Under the pieces are notes generated by a model that saw only the letters and a list, made by a program, of their open reading frames with translations, was not told where the DNA came from and searched no databases. Shown piece after piece: positions 51,355 to 64,000 of a stretch of DNA of 64,000 nucleotides. Origin of the DNA: Takakia lepidozioides (taxonomy: Eukaryota > Plantae > Bryophyta); assembly GCA_030704615.1 (NCBI GenBank), contig CM060731.1, positions 42,532,001 through 42,596,000 of the forward strand. The letters are read 5' to 3'. A program made the position numbers and the translations under genes. How positions within the stretch are numbered: position 1 is the stretch's first letter; each line of letters opens with the position of its first letter.

Positions 51355-52029
51355 ACTTTGTACTCGGTAGAGCATCATACACTTCTGTCTACAAGTGCAC
51401 TTTAAGATAGCACAGCAAACAAGGGGCCAATTGTTTTAGTTCAAAACCAGAAGCATTCACATACAGTACTTAGGGAATTTAGAGATCCTACCACAGCAGT
51501 AGACACATTCATGAATGCAAGCATCTGGCGCTCATGAATTTGGCTGAGCTTGATAGATTGATAACCCACACATGCTGCAAAGGTTCAGGTAATCTGACCT
51601 GCACAAACTTAGTTTTCTAGGAGACAAAACCCTGCCTTGAGAGAAAAATTCTTTGTTTAGGTCTAGATCAAACAGCATCAACAGATGACGCCAAATACAG
51701 ATGCTACAGCTCCATGCACAGCCCATCAAGTAAAGCATTGAATCCAGAATCACCTTGGTTATGCACTGGCAATGCCTCAACCTTCGTTTCTTCAATTTTG
51801 ATGGGGGGTGGATGCTCTTTCTAATTAGATTAAAAGCCAAGGGAAAGATGCCTTGGAGAGTGACATAAGGCATAAACACCAAGTGATGGGAAACTCATCT
51901 TCCATGCTAGTGGGGGAAAAACTAAACTTCAACAGAAAGCCAAGCCTGTCAAGCTTTACTAAAGCGGGGTCGGAACGTGACCCCCAGGACCAGCCACAAT
52001 GGGCATCTACCAACCACAACTGAACAAAT

Positions 52030-52466
52030 AGCTAGCTAACCTCAAGCCCGTCCTTGATATCATGTTGGAGGGGTTACCACAACCAGACTTCATTATGTTG
52101 CAGGAGGATTGTATTTTGTGTCGTAGCAAAGTCCATCCAAACTATAACGATAGATTAAAAAACTCCCCGAACGTGTTTCTGAAGCCACTTGTGGGGCTAT
52201 GGGTGAAGACGAGAGGAAAGTTCGATGACAGAAATACACTTCTGATTGATGATACTCCTCTGAAATGTCTACTCAATCATGTAGGGTCACGCTTATTCTT
52301 GAAGACATTTGAATCAATTGAGATCAACAACAGCTACTTGTTGGTGCTTCAAAAGTTTATTGATGGGATGTTGGAGAGTCCACTAAATGTCCCAGACTAT
52401 GTTGTTAAGAACCAGATTGGGGTTGGACCCGAGAGCCTTTCTGACCCTAAATATGACAGTCTTTGA
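52030..52466 (+). pseudogene. FCP1/NIF (HAD-family) phosphatase-like C-terminal fragment
   Basis: QEDC...VFLKPL..LW...FDDRNTLLIDDTPLKCLLN; the N-terminal DxD motif is not seen. Confidence 0.55.
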
Positions 52467-52472
52467 TCTTTT

Positions 52473-52793
52473 TTAGAGAGCAATGAAAGCTGAGACATCT
52501 TTAACTAAGCCTTTCGAGTGATACTGCTCATGTAATCTCTTGACAGTTTTAGCAACCCCCAAATGGCCAGCATAAGTAGAAGCATGGTATAATTCGAGTA
52601 AAGCAGGGACAACAGACCTAGAATGGACTTCCACAGCATAGGTACCTTCCAAAGCGACTCTGAACAATCTACCTTCACTTTCCCGGTGGCTGGGTAAGTG
52701 ATAGTTGACTTGCCTCATGAGTAGCTTGGATATGCCACTAAGGTGGGTGCCGGTTTTGCACGTATGGAGAAGAGCATCGTATAAATGGATCAT
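52473..52793 (-). mobile_element. Ty3/Gypsy integrase zinc-binding (HHCC) fragment
   Basis: LLELYHASTYAGHLGVAKTVKRLHEQYHSKGLVKDVSAFI; truncated. Confidence 0.65.
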
Positions 52794-54432
52794 CCATGCC
52801 TACATCACTCATGGCCACACAACATCAGGTTAACGGTTATCTTATTTGTGAATGATTGGATATACAATTTGGGGTTCTAGAACCCCATGTAAAATAAATG
52901 TACATATTCACTTTGTGCAAATTTTGACTAAACGTTCAATCTAGCATGTTTTTTGTAGGCTAACATCGTTGTTGTTCCGTATGAAATTTGCTAAGATTGT
53001 AAGTAGCTAAGAACTTTTAAGTGTTTTTATCATTTAATGGCGATGCTTCATCATAGAACTTGTGTTGTGTTGTCCACTAAGCGTACTTTCCACTAACTTC
53101 GACAGTAATGTCGAGGATATATCGAGGTTGAGTCTCATTTGAACATGTCCTGTCTATTACAAGTTTCAAAGTCTGTACAAAATGTTCAAGAACACCGTGT
53201 TATTGAATGTGACAGTGGAGTTTCTACAAGACTTGAGTCTATTACATCTCAGTTGGAGGATTCGTGCGAAAACAAGATTATCACTCAACAGAGTGACAAT
53301 CAACCATTAGAGATATCTCTTGCTATGGTGGAATGTTGTCTTGAAGAGGTTGACAAGCTTGATGATAGGCGATATCATCAATCCATTGAACACAACTTCA
53401 GTCCAATTACAACTCATTCAGGTATTGACGATGTACAGCAAGTCGACGACTTGCCCCGGAGGAAAATCCCAACGTTTATCCCACAGCATCATGGATGGAC
53501 ACATGGACACTTGAGGAGGAACAAGGTGAATTATTGCCTATATATTTTTATTTTATTTTTCCCCATTCAATCTTTTCTTTTTTCTGATGATCTTGTTTTA
53601 CTCCAAGTAAGATTGGGTGAAGTAAAGCGACGTCTTCTCCGGCATTATAATCCAACGTAATCTTAGTATTTGACGTTCAATTCAGAATATGGAGATCTCA
53701 AGTCCAGATGTATCTCCAGATTGCCTCATGCCATCCTCTCGTGTACTCAACGTCCAAATCTTTGAAAGAAAAAAGCAAGTGGATGATCTATGTCGCGATT
53801 TTGGCTCGAAAACTTCGGAGTGTTCGAAGAAATCTCGATCCACTCGTAAGAGGCTTATGGTTTGCTCAGACGTGAAGATCGCGTCAGATGTTTCTTCAGA
53901 ACTCAACTGACTCCTGCACTTGTTCTACAAAATTTCAGTCGAGAGGGTTGCAGAAGGTAACCGACTGATTCTTGTAATGTATCTGCATATCATTGTATAT
54001 TCAATCGACCATGTGGACCATGCACTCATTTGGTCCGCTGATGATTAAATATTGTAGATTCCTTCTCTTTAGTTGGACAGAAGGAATTTAGGATGTTTGA
54101 ATTTTCTTCCCAGGACCAGAGGACACTATCATCGTCATGGATTGAGTCTATGTCCAGGTTGTGCAAGTGTATAGAATTTGTTCTACAGAATCTCAATCAA
54201 AAGGGATTCAGAAGGTATAGTAGCTGCATATCTTTCTCTAATGCCAGACTCTATAGTTTGTCTGAAGCATTGTGATTCTTTATCCATTTGGTATATCCTC
54301 ATAAAAATTCTGTAGTGTCGTGGAGATATTCAAATTGTCTTCGTTGAATCTCAATGATACATTTACCTCGACATAAATGTCGAGGTTGCATAGGTGTTCT
54401 ATCTGCACTAATCTCAATTATATTGGTTTCAG

Positions 54433-55205
54433 GAGAATTATGTTTCTTCAGACAGGGATGCCTCTACTCCGAAGAGGCGGATGAAACTCGTAATATTGAG
54501 TGTTAATGGTCTCATTTGCTATCGACCACCTCCGACCGGAAGAGAAATATTCAAAAAAAGATTTTCAGGGAGAAATGTGAGCATTAAGGTCCCAGATACT
54601 CCTTTTGTCATTCCTCGGCCTGGAGTGGTGGAGTTCCTGAGCGTCTCTTTGAAAATTTTCATGTCGCCATTTGGTCTTGCTCTGAAAGAGACATTGTTCT
54701 TAAGATGCTACAATGTTTTGTGCCCATTGATATGATGAAGTTCTTCAGTTTTGTTTGGTCCAATGAGCATTGCAACGCGACAGCCGGCTATGTTAAGTCT
54801 GGGATGAGATATCTCATTAAGGATATTTAAACCGTTTTTGCTTGTTTTCCTGGAAAAACATTTGCGAGTGAAGGGCAAATCCTTCTTGTGGATGATGAAC
54901 CATCAAAATCACTCAGAAACCCTGCAAATACTGGATATTTCTTTTTTACATTTAATGGGTCAAAAAATAAGCTGTCTAATATAAATGATGCAGTGTGGCC
55001 ATTCATCTCAAACATGATAGGAGTATCCAGTGTTGTTGAGTATGTGAGTGAGAGCTTTGCAAAAGCATCTTGCGCAGCGATAGATCGGGATTACCCTTTA
55101 TGGTCTTGGTATGGGCGATATTTGGATCATTCTATTTTTCATCCGTGGACAAGTCAGCCTGATTATCTTAGGATGCACTTCGTCATTCATGTCAAAGTTA
55201 AATAA
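54433..55205 (+). pseudogene. Frameshifted FCP1/NIF-like HAD-domain sequence, possibly the last exon of a degraded gene starting ~53139
   Basis: KLVILSVNGLIC...IPRPGVVEFL...FHVAIWS...FSFVWSNEHC...ILLVDDEPSKSLRNP spread over several frames. Confidence 0.55.
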
Positions 55206-56619
55206 ATATTAAATGGTAACATGCATTTTTTTAAAGTATGTACTGTTCTTTATTTTAGTTCTGAGAATGTCTCTATTAGCCGGTCGTTTCTGATTGGGTT
55301 TGTGGGCTTCGATATTTTTCAGTGACTTACGAGTATGAGTTGAGGACTCTGGTGCTCAAAGAGAAAGCAAACATTCGTCAGAATGGTTCAAGATCTGAAT
55401 GGTTCAAGATCTTCAAACTTTGTCAACCACACGATCCAATATCAATTTTGATGATCTATTTGACCATTCCGAGAATAGATCATTATCTTCTGGTGCAGAA
55501 AGTCAAGCTGGAATCGAATGGGGCATGGGGAGGCGTCTTCGAACTCAACCCCTAAATACAAGTCGTTTGGGAAGGGAATCGTCATTCGTGACGGCTTATC
55601 AAGTCTAGAATATGTCATCCCATGATGTTAGTTCTTAACAATTATAGTATTATTTACGGCTATGATAGGGCATATGGATAATTTGCTGTAGAAATCGCAA
55701 GTTCTTTAGTGAGTATCTGTACAGTTTGACTTACATGTCAAGGTCGCATGTAATGAATATCATTGTGCATTCAATGACATTTGAAAATAAAAATGATCTA
55801 TTCTCATCTGTGTCCAAGTTTGATTTGTCATTTCTATTGGATGATCTGAACTATGAATGAAGCTCTCCTGATTTTAATGTTTGTTTCCACTTTTTGTCAG
55901 TTTTGGACTTTAACCTCTACATGATGTGGTTGAAGTATATATTCTTTTTATATCTCTCTTCATGAACATCGACATTAGAGTCAAAGTTTTTTCATTTGTC
56001 CAACATCCACGAACATTTCTGTGTGCAAAGTATATATGACTAATTTGTAATGGCACTAACGTATTGTTAGTGGAATAAAAATTATTTTTTGGGTTTCATA
56101 TATGATTTATTTATTCACTTATTCTTCTTTATGGACACATCTCAAGTCCGGCATTAGTTAAAATTGAGTTGGAGGTCTCCCGTGGTCCAACGTACCGATA
56201 TTGAGTATGTTGTCATTCCTCTAGCAACACATAATAAACACTGCAAGATAATTGATGAAGAGCACAAAATTCAGTAGTATCAAGAGTTGTGCAACTTCAC
56301 AAAGTTAATTGATTCATTACTCCCATAATATTGTTAATTAATTTTTAATTATACAATATATTAAAGTTTGGTCCGAATTTAAGCCAAAAGTGTAAAATTA
56401 ATTAAAATTGAGTTATAATTTGGTTCATTTTTATCTCATCTTTTTAATGTTATTTTTATAACAATTAAAAAAAAATCCAAGGGGCCATAAGGCCAACGAC
56501 ACCGAGGGCGAACCAAGTACATAACAAAGAGAGACAAACTACAACGGGCCAATAGGACTATGAGCAAAAAGATGGTTAACATGAGGGCCCACTGTGACCG
56601 CAACCCAATAGCGCGCACT

Positions 56620-57026
56620 AAAAACCACCCCGTACTAGAGGGCACCAAATTGAAGCACAATGACGTTGATAAGAGACACAATGACGTTGATAAGAGAGAC
56701 GATGTCCATACATATATATGTATGACGCTAGCCGAAGCTAGTAAGTAAGAGTCCATTTGGGGGTACTTCCCCTTTTCAGGGCCTTTTCAGGGCCTTTTCA
56801 GGGTTTGGCCTATCAATGTTGGTACCAGTCACCGGATCCCAATAAGCACTAAGGGGAACCACCCTGTACAGGAGGGCACCAAATTGGAGCATAGTGACGT
56901 TGATAAGAGAGACCATGTCCATATATATATATATATGTATAACGCTAGCCGAAGCTAATAAATAAGAGCCCATTTGGGGTACTTCCCCTTTTCAGGGGTG
57001 GACCCGTCAATGTTGGTACCAGTCAC
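56620..57026. repeat. Imperfect direct duplication (~215-230 bp period)
   Basis: gagggcaccaaatt...tgacgttgataagagaga...atgtccata(ta)n...acgctagccgaagcta...ccattt(g)gggtacttccccttttcaggg...tcaatgttggtaccagtcac occurs twice. Confidence 0.8.
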
Positions 57027-57047
57027 ACAGTGGCTAGATGGCCACTT

Positions 57048-57665
57048 TCAATCTTGCGTTTGTTTGTTGAGGATTAGAGATATGAGCGACGTGATTTGTA
57101 TAAAATGCATGGTGCGGAGAAGGGGTGCTATGTGTTTAAGAGACAATTTGAGGTATTCTTTTAGGATATGGATATTATGTAAGAGGTAAAGCCCTCGCCC
57201 CAAGACTTTCCTGGATTTGAGGCGCCTGTCCCGGGGCCGGAGCCCAAGGGCAGGGGTTGAAAATCCAGGAAAGTCCAAGGGCAAGGGCTTTACCTTTCAT
57301 AAAAAACAAAGCTACCCGTTTTCGACACTGCCCGTTTCTCCACTGCGTTGCCACTAGGGTTTCATTGTCACGTCATTGTAGCTCGCTGCCCAAGTTTGAA
57401 AATCGTCTGCCCAAAATAGATCCATAAAGTATGGGGGGACAGATTCCATAATCTGGGATTACAGCCCCGTCCCGGGGCAAAAACCTGTAATCACGTGCGA
57501 GGGAAAATTTCTCTCAGGGAAGCCCTAATTTTAACAAAGCCAAAAAATCTGAAGGTTTTTACGAATATGCGCGCCACCCCTGAGATAAATGGTGAGGGGG
57601 CCTTCTCCATCTATGTTGTCGAAAGGCGAGTATGAGGGGGTCATATTTTTCGCACATACATATAT
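57048..57665 (-). mobile_element. Second relic of the same RLE-type LINE 3' end, split by a ~370-bp insertion (~57185-57560)
   Basis: CEKYDPLILAFRQHRW and HNIHILKEYLKLSLKHIAPLLRTMHF match KNEKYEPLILALRHHRW and HNTQILKENLKLPLKHTTPLLRILHF at 35360-35560. Confidence 0.6.
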
Positions 57666-57904
57666 ACACATGGTGTCTGTGTGCCACATCAACTGGAGTT
57701 AGTGTAAATAAGAGCCTCTTCACCTTGCGGTTATTGCCTGGGATGGGCTCTATCAAACCCATATTGTCAACGGTCGAAAATGAGGCGGGCATGTTTGCCC
57801 TTGACATGTTGCCAATTTAGTGGCTCTTTTTTGAACTCAAGTGATTCAGGGAATTGCGGAGTGAAGGCCATGTTGGAAGGAGTGGGGTCCAAACCAGTGT
57901 TGGG

Positions 57905-58790
57905 CGGGTATATTGATTTCAATATACCCTTAGGGTATAAGTAATTTGTTTTTGTCAAATCATTTATCCTCCGGGTATGGATAAATTGAAATCTCAAAAA
58001 TTTATTTACCCTCCGAGTATGGGTAAATTAACTTTTCAGATTCTATAGAACCCCGGGTAAGGATATATATGCCAAAATATACCCTGAGGGTATGGATAAT
58101 TTTTTAAATCAATATACAATTTAATGGTTTTTAAAATTGTGATGTTTTCCAATACACAACAAAAGAAACAATCTATGGTAAAAGAGAAAATTGATGAGAT
58201 ATTGCGTAATATTTTGGCTTTAATTCCCAATGCAAGAGGACGGAGGCTTGAGATTCAAAAAATTATATGCAGGATCTGAAGAGGTTTTCTTTGGGTTATA
58301 TGGCATTTTAGGAATGATAGATATGTAACATTTTCCAGCTGTGATTGGAGCTTTCTTACAGCTGAAGGCTCCCTAACAACACAACAAAAAGAGAGAAGAC
58401 ATAGCACATAAAGGTCGTAGGGCACTAGTCTTATGTCCATAAAAAATCCCTCCCTTATTCTGCATAGGAAAAAAACTACTAGATTTTGCTAGATGGATGA
58501 GATTCCCTAAAAAGTACCTCCACGCTAAATGTCACCTCGAATGCTACCGTCATTGCTATGCTACCGCCGTCAAATGCTACCGTTGTGGCTATGTTATCTT
58601 ATATACCCTGATTAGATATACCCTTCATTTTAACATATATCGTTTAGAAAAGTAGGGTATATTGGACTTCTTGATTCAGGGTAAATATAAGGATAAGGGT
58701 ATATCATAAAAATATACCCTATTATAAGGGTATACATCCAAGTACCTAAACTTGCCACACCAGGGTATATATATATATCAATATACCCAC
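57905..58790. repeat. AT-rich MITE-like region with repeated TATACCC/GGGTAT motifs at both ends
   Basis: Multiple ataccc/gggtat motifs cluster at 57905-58095 and 58600-58790. Confidence 0.4.
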
Positions 58791-60259
58791 CCAACACTGA
58801 TCCAAACAGTGATGACATGATTGATGATGTCCAACTCTAGCACCATAGTCTAATATGCTCTAGACCATTCACATCAATACTCTAGACCATTCACACTGAG
58901 ATTTATTACTTTTAAATATTTTTTAATTTTTATCTTTTCTGAATAAATTGCACCCTATATTTTTTTGCACGTTGGTTGGAAATTTTTGGAAGTGACTTTC
59001 CCGGGAGCCCAAGAGCAATCTCCTATGTATCCATGTGCATCTCACATGTAGAGGCCCAAGTGCGACCTCCAGTGTCCAATATCACCTAAGTCCAAGTGCA
59101 ATCCCAAAGCCAACTTTGCTATTTTTGCAAGCTCCTCTCCCGTGTCGAGGCTTCATGTATTGATACATCCACTTAGCTATAAAGCCCACTTTGCTATTTT
59201 TGTGATTTTCCAGCGACCCAAAGTACTTGAAATTCCACATCTCCCACACCGCCGGTCCAAAAATCATGAGACCAAGCCAGTGCACCCCTCCTCATCGAGG
59301 GCTTTTCAACGGCACCAAGCGCCGGGGTTGGGGCCCTGCGGTTTGGGAGATCTCAACGACGCTACAAACAAAACAAGCCGCTCCGCCACAAGAGGCTCTA
59401 TCCTTTGGTGATTTTGTGGTTGTTGTTTTATACTTTTTCTAGGGCTTCATGAATCATGCCCATGAACCCTCCATAGACTAGGCTTAATGGATAAGCCTAG
59501 TTCTCCGCCTAGGCAAGAAGTCTCCACACTGCCTCTATCCCTTGCGGGACAGAGCCAACAAACGTCTCTATTAATATATTGATCCCTTCAGCTCTATTAT
59601 ATTCATTTTCTCTCAGTTTTCTCAGAATGACTTCTATTATATGCAGTTCCTTTCAGTTTCATCACATTGAAATTCCATTATATTTAGTTCCCTTCAGATT
59701 TATGATCATTCAATTCCACATTCAATTTTGTCTTTTTGCATTTGTTTCTTGCATTTAGTTTATTATTATTACTTTATATCGAGGTAAAAACATAAAATAT
59801 TTTGATTCTAAATCTCATATTTATTTATTAATTGTTATCCTCAGGGATCACTTTCAGTGCTGACGGTTCTAATTTTATGTTTTAAATATTTGTAATTTTT
59901 ATTTCAATAAAATCAGGACCAGCAGCCCAGAAATTTCAATTTGTATTTAGGGTGGAGCCATTGCGCGACGAGCCGCTTGTTAAAATTTGATTTGTTCTCA
60001 TGAGTTCGAGCCCCATCAATCCTGATTTACCGAACCGCAACCTACGCTATGCAAGGCGTGGCTTGCAAAGTGAGTGATCATAGGAGTTGCACTATTTCCG
60101 AACTTCCAATATAGAGGTTGGGTAGCGTGTGAGGAGGCTCACGTTGGCATGAGCCTCCTTACGTGAGCAGATAGGCATATTACATAGATTCTCAAAATAT
60201 CCTGTGAATATGATACAGCGAAAGGAAAATATGTTCACGCCACTCAAATGCGAGACTAC

Positions 60260-60875
60260 TGAAAATGTTGTGCTCACGCGAAACTATTCTTTTAATTTTT
60301 ACAAAAAAAAAGTTTTTTTCCGACATTCTCTTTTGGGAATTCTTTCGCAAACGAAACTGTTTGTGCTCGTGTGAGCACAGATTTTGAATTAGTTTATATT
60401 GCTATTTTTTATCATTTTCTATTGTTTCTTTAATGTGTTTTTTCTGATCTTCTCTTTTGGAATTATTTCACAACGAAACTTTTGTGCTCGCGTGAGCACA
60501 GATTTTGAATTAGTTTCGCTGACAAAATATTGTGTTTTTTTTTAAAACTCTTAGAGAAGAGGGACATTAGCATCAAAACTTTATAAATTATGGACCCAAA
60601 TGTCCGAGAATTACAAAGAGGAAAAAATATCTGGGACAGCTATTTATGTATTTTAACTATTAAGCTCAATTTTTTCTATTAAATATTTATGTCTTACATA
60701 GGGTAGTTTAAATATACTGATAGACCATGTAACTGACCCTATTAACGTAGCAACATCATATGTCAGCGTATGACTTCTATTTCAGTTTGCAAACATATCT
60801 CCCCCATAACCGTGGATTCTGCTCACGCGAGTATGTTTTTTAGTGCTCACGCCGTTCCTGTGCTCACACCATACC
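60260..60875. repeat. Probable non-autonomous element with GTGCTC(A/G)CG(C/T)GAGCAC motifs and an internal duplication
   Basis: ttctcttttgg..aatt...aacgaaact...tgtgctcg.gtgagcacagattttgaattagttt is duplicated (60325-60395 and 60448-60516). tgctcac motifs occur at 60271, 60820, 60845 and 60861. Confidence 0.5.
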
Positions 60876-62281
60876 AATCCCCTCCAAGATGGAAGCAAAG
60901 GTAATGACAACTAATTATGCCAAAACTCAAGACCCAATAAATATTTAAAACATGGATTAGGTCACATTAAATATGGTGCCGTCGTATTCAAATCACCACT
61001 ACTTTTATCATCCATCCACATATGGACTATTGAAAATAATCCAAATTGCACCCTAAATCCGTTGGTTTATGTAACTTGTCGCAAGACTGAGACAGTTACA
61101 GTTTTTTTTTTTTTTTTTTTCTTAAGGATTTTCCCCATGGGGGCGAAATTAGAAAAAGGGATGGTTTAGGGTAGGCTACCTTATTTCCTCCAGTATTGTG
61201 CTTAGTTGGCGCCGTCCGTTTATAAGGCAGTGGGGCCAACCAGTGGCACATTGCCACATTGGCAAGCTCCTCACAATCTAGAACGGTCGCCTCTCCATGT
61301 CCCTCGCGTCATGCAATCGCCATGTGGCCCTCATGCATTCGACGTGCGGACCAAACATGCATTGGTCATTTCTCCTGGGCATGCAATCCGCATGTGTTTA
61401 ACCCATCGCTGTATGCCCCCATCTTGCTTTCTTGTACATGTCAATTCTCCACTTGTTAGATTTACTTTTCTTACACCCCAACTTCAGAGCCTGGAAGTCT
61501 GTGAAGTTGCGAGTCTGAGTCCATTCGCTTATTTTATTTTATTTTATTTTTTACTTTTAAAACACGGGACAGTAAGTGGCCGCCCCTGGAATTACATTGG
61601 AGCGAGGAAAAAATAATATTTTAATTATTATTTAAGGAAAAGAAAGGTGACAATGCCCCCGTGTTACTTTGAAGTAAATTAAAGGTGCAAGGAAAAATAA
61701 CCTTGCAAAAGCCACTAGAGAGCCACATTATTTTAGTATTTACAAGTAAAAGAGGTTCTTAGTTATTTCATTTTTCACGTGCATATTGTTTATTTATTAA
61801 AAATAAACAGGGGACAGCAGCTCTGGGAATTTTATTTGGAATTATTTTGGGGAAAAAAGTAAACCCCTAAGTACACCCGGATGAGGCACACATGGATATA
61901 TATATATATTCAAGAAAAACAGTATTAAAAAACCAATATTATTAACCAAAAACATTATTATGAAAACCAAATTTTTTCCCTTCAATAATTATTAATAAAG
62001 CTATATCAGGGCCTCGCCCCCTGTTCGGTTTTTAAATTTGTTTTTAAAAAAAAAAAAAGTTCTCAAGGGCTACCTCCCCTTTCTGTAAGAATTGATGATT
62101 AGTTACATGACATGCAAAGGATGGCATACTTATGCCGCATGCAGCATGGCTGATGGGGCGGTCCGGGATAGTCGCCCGCTGAAGCGAAGGGCGAGCAGCC
62201 AGGTGGCAAGCCCGGCCTGCTAAAGCGCAGTGTGGGTCGCCTAACTTTTAGTGAGAAGAGAGCGGAGGACGTGTGAGGGGG

Positions 62282-62311
62282 GTTTGTTTGTTTGTTTGTT
62301 TGTTTGTTTGT
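62282..62311. repeat. (GTTT)n microsatellite
   Basis: About 7 tandem GTTT units. Confidence 0.85.
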
Positions 62312-62606
62312 TGTCAGTTGCGTGTCGGAGCTTGTCAGCGACCTCTGGTTCCATTGATGGAAGAAGAGGTTTGGAATGTGTGGGATCCAGGCCATAATGC
62401 CTAATGATTCGCAGATTCTTTGGGTAGGTGGAGTCAAGGAGTCGCGTGGAGAGGGAGGCCGAGGGGGGGCCCCACGTCCGACACTGCTCTTTAATTGGCA
62501 TCACTAGAGTCTACAAAGCGTGATGCTGTAAGTTGGGAAGCGGGTTGGTTTTCCTGTGGGAGAAAGAGAGAAAGAGGGAGTTTCAAAGAGCGAGCTGGTC
62601 AAGAAA

Positions 62607-63674
62607 ATGATCGGCACCTTCTCTAGTGTTTTTTCTTCTGCTTCAGCTGCCATTTTGTCACTCGAGTTCTCTTTTAATTCCTCTCAGCACACCAGTCTTT
62701 CTCATCCCCTCTCCGCATCTTTTGAAGGCAATGTGATTCACAGTGGCCCTCTTTCGAATGGGTCCCAGATGTTTCAGCGTTTGGATGCTTCTGGGCTTCA
62801 GACCTCATTATCTGCCAACGACACCAAGAGAGCTCTTTTACTTGAGCCAAAAACTGGATTGAAGAAATCATTCTTGGCCGAGTTTGCGCCTAGAAGCCTA
62901 CTGCGCATTTCAACCTGTGGGGTCTCCCATTGTGGATTGGAGCAGTCTTCACGTAGCGAAACGTCTCTGGCATGGAAACAAAATGCTACACCTGTGAAAT
63001 CGAACTTCACAGATCGGGGAGCGGGAAACATTACTGTTAGGTGTAAATTAATCACCAAGTGTGCAGCTTCCCAAAGTGCGTTTGTTGCCTCGGAATCCCA
63101 CGGGGCGTTGGTGGAGCCAAAAGTGGCCATTGTGTGGTTCAAGCATGACTTGCGAATTGACGACCACCTGGGTCTGACTGCTGCATTGCAGTACGATCGA
63201 GTTCTCCCTTTCTTCATCTTCGATCCATGGTTCTACGCAGGTCAGTCTTCTAAAGGATTATGGGCCTTCTTGGATGCAGGGAAATGCAGCGAGGTGATGC
63301 TTTTAGTTTGTTGCTCTCCTGTCAACTCTCTACAGACCTGCCATTTGCTGTTTAATATTACGGGTCCGAGGGATTGGCGAATATGGTTGAGAGAGTAATA
63401 TGCAACTCCATATAAAGTATAAACTTCAATAAGATTGTTATAAATCTGTGTGTTGCAGTACATTTCCAGAAGCAGGGAGGCCTGCTGCAGATTTATCTTA
63501 AATTGTTGATATAAAGGTTCCTTCCCCTGAACACTTGCAGGATGGTCCAGTGAGCTACTGGAAAGCCTCATTGATGCAGTTGCAGATCTCAGGCGCTCTT
63601 TACAGAGACTAAACTCTGATTTGGTTGTTCGCATTGGGCGAACCAAAGATGTGCTTTTGGCGCTTGCACAGGAG
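62607..63674 (+). CDS. Photolyase/cryptochrome-family N-terminal domain protein (At4g25290-like), 5' part; exons 62607-63240, 63541-63674, continuing beyond the window
   Basis: Transit-like N-terminus, then VAIVWFKHDLRIDDHLGLTAA...VLPFFIFDP..YA|GWSSELLESLIDAVADLRRSLQRLNSDLVVRIG. Confidence 0.85.
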
Positions 63675-64000
63675 GTAAGTCAAGTTTCAGCAAGCACTAC
63701 ATTAAGCTAGCAGCCTTAACCTTGCGTTGTAAGTGCCAACAGTTGCTGGCTCTCACAGTTTGGACCCAGCATTCCAATTGGAGCTACAGGTTCGTTGCAC
63801 CTGTGTCCTTTAGACTGGAGGTGTAACCAGGCGAACACAACAGTCTGCAAATACATGAGTGTCGGTCTTTGATGGATGAGATCCACTACAAACAGCTTCC
63901 ACGCGAGGGTGGAGGTGGAATTGGAGGAGTGGCACGATGGGCCAGATTGCACATGATCACTGAACGCCCAGTTCTTATCGACCTAGTACAATGAGGAAGG

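Noticed and set aside
59142-59442. Short ORFs as genes
   Set aside because: No gene structure; more likely a dispersed repeat, which I cannot verify from this window.

Overview
Eukaryotic nuclear DNA with short GT-AG introns and land-plant gene families; a bryophyte-like genome is my inference. The first ~13.6 kb is an apparently intact DNA transposon carrying two divergent genes. One is a 2-exon GCM-domain + Mutator(MULE)-type DDE + SWIM transposase (9462-12977, +). The other is a 10-exon, ~1169-aa protein fusing a ParB/Srx-like domain to a beta-class N6A/N4C DNA-methyltransferase-like domain (8606 to ~2988, -). The two long introns of that gene hold ~11 copies of a 22-bp palindrome, and both element ends carry GCTCACG-rich palindromic motifs. 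Positions 1-2298 are a near-perfect inverted copy of 2763-5058, forming a >5-kb hairpin. Downstream host genes: RPS20, an At1g63850-like BTB/POZ gene, a conserved plastid-type membrane protein, a head-to-head pair of ubiquitin-like + trypsin-like protease genes, a SAM-methyltransferase and the start of a photolyase-family gene. Relics include a Crypton-like tyrosine recombinase, a tRNA-derived SINE-like element, a disrupted RbgA/DGP3 GTPase, RNase H + RLE non-LTR fragments, FCP1/NIF-like and Gypsy integrase fragments, and a GTCGGTGCCGAC palindrome array. All family assignments come from motif recognition by eye; no searches were run.
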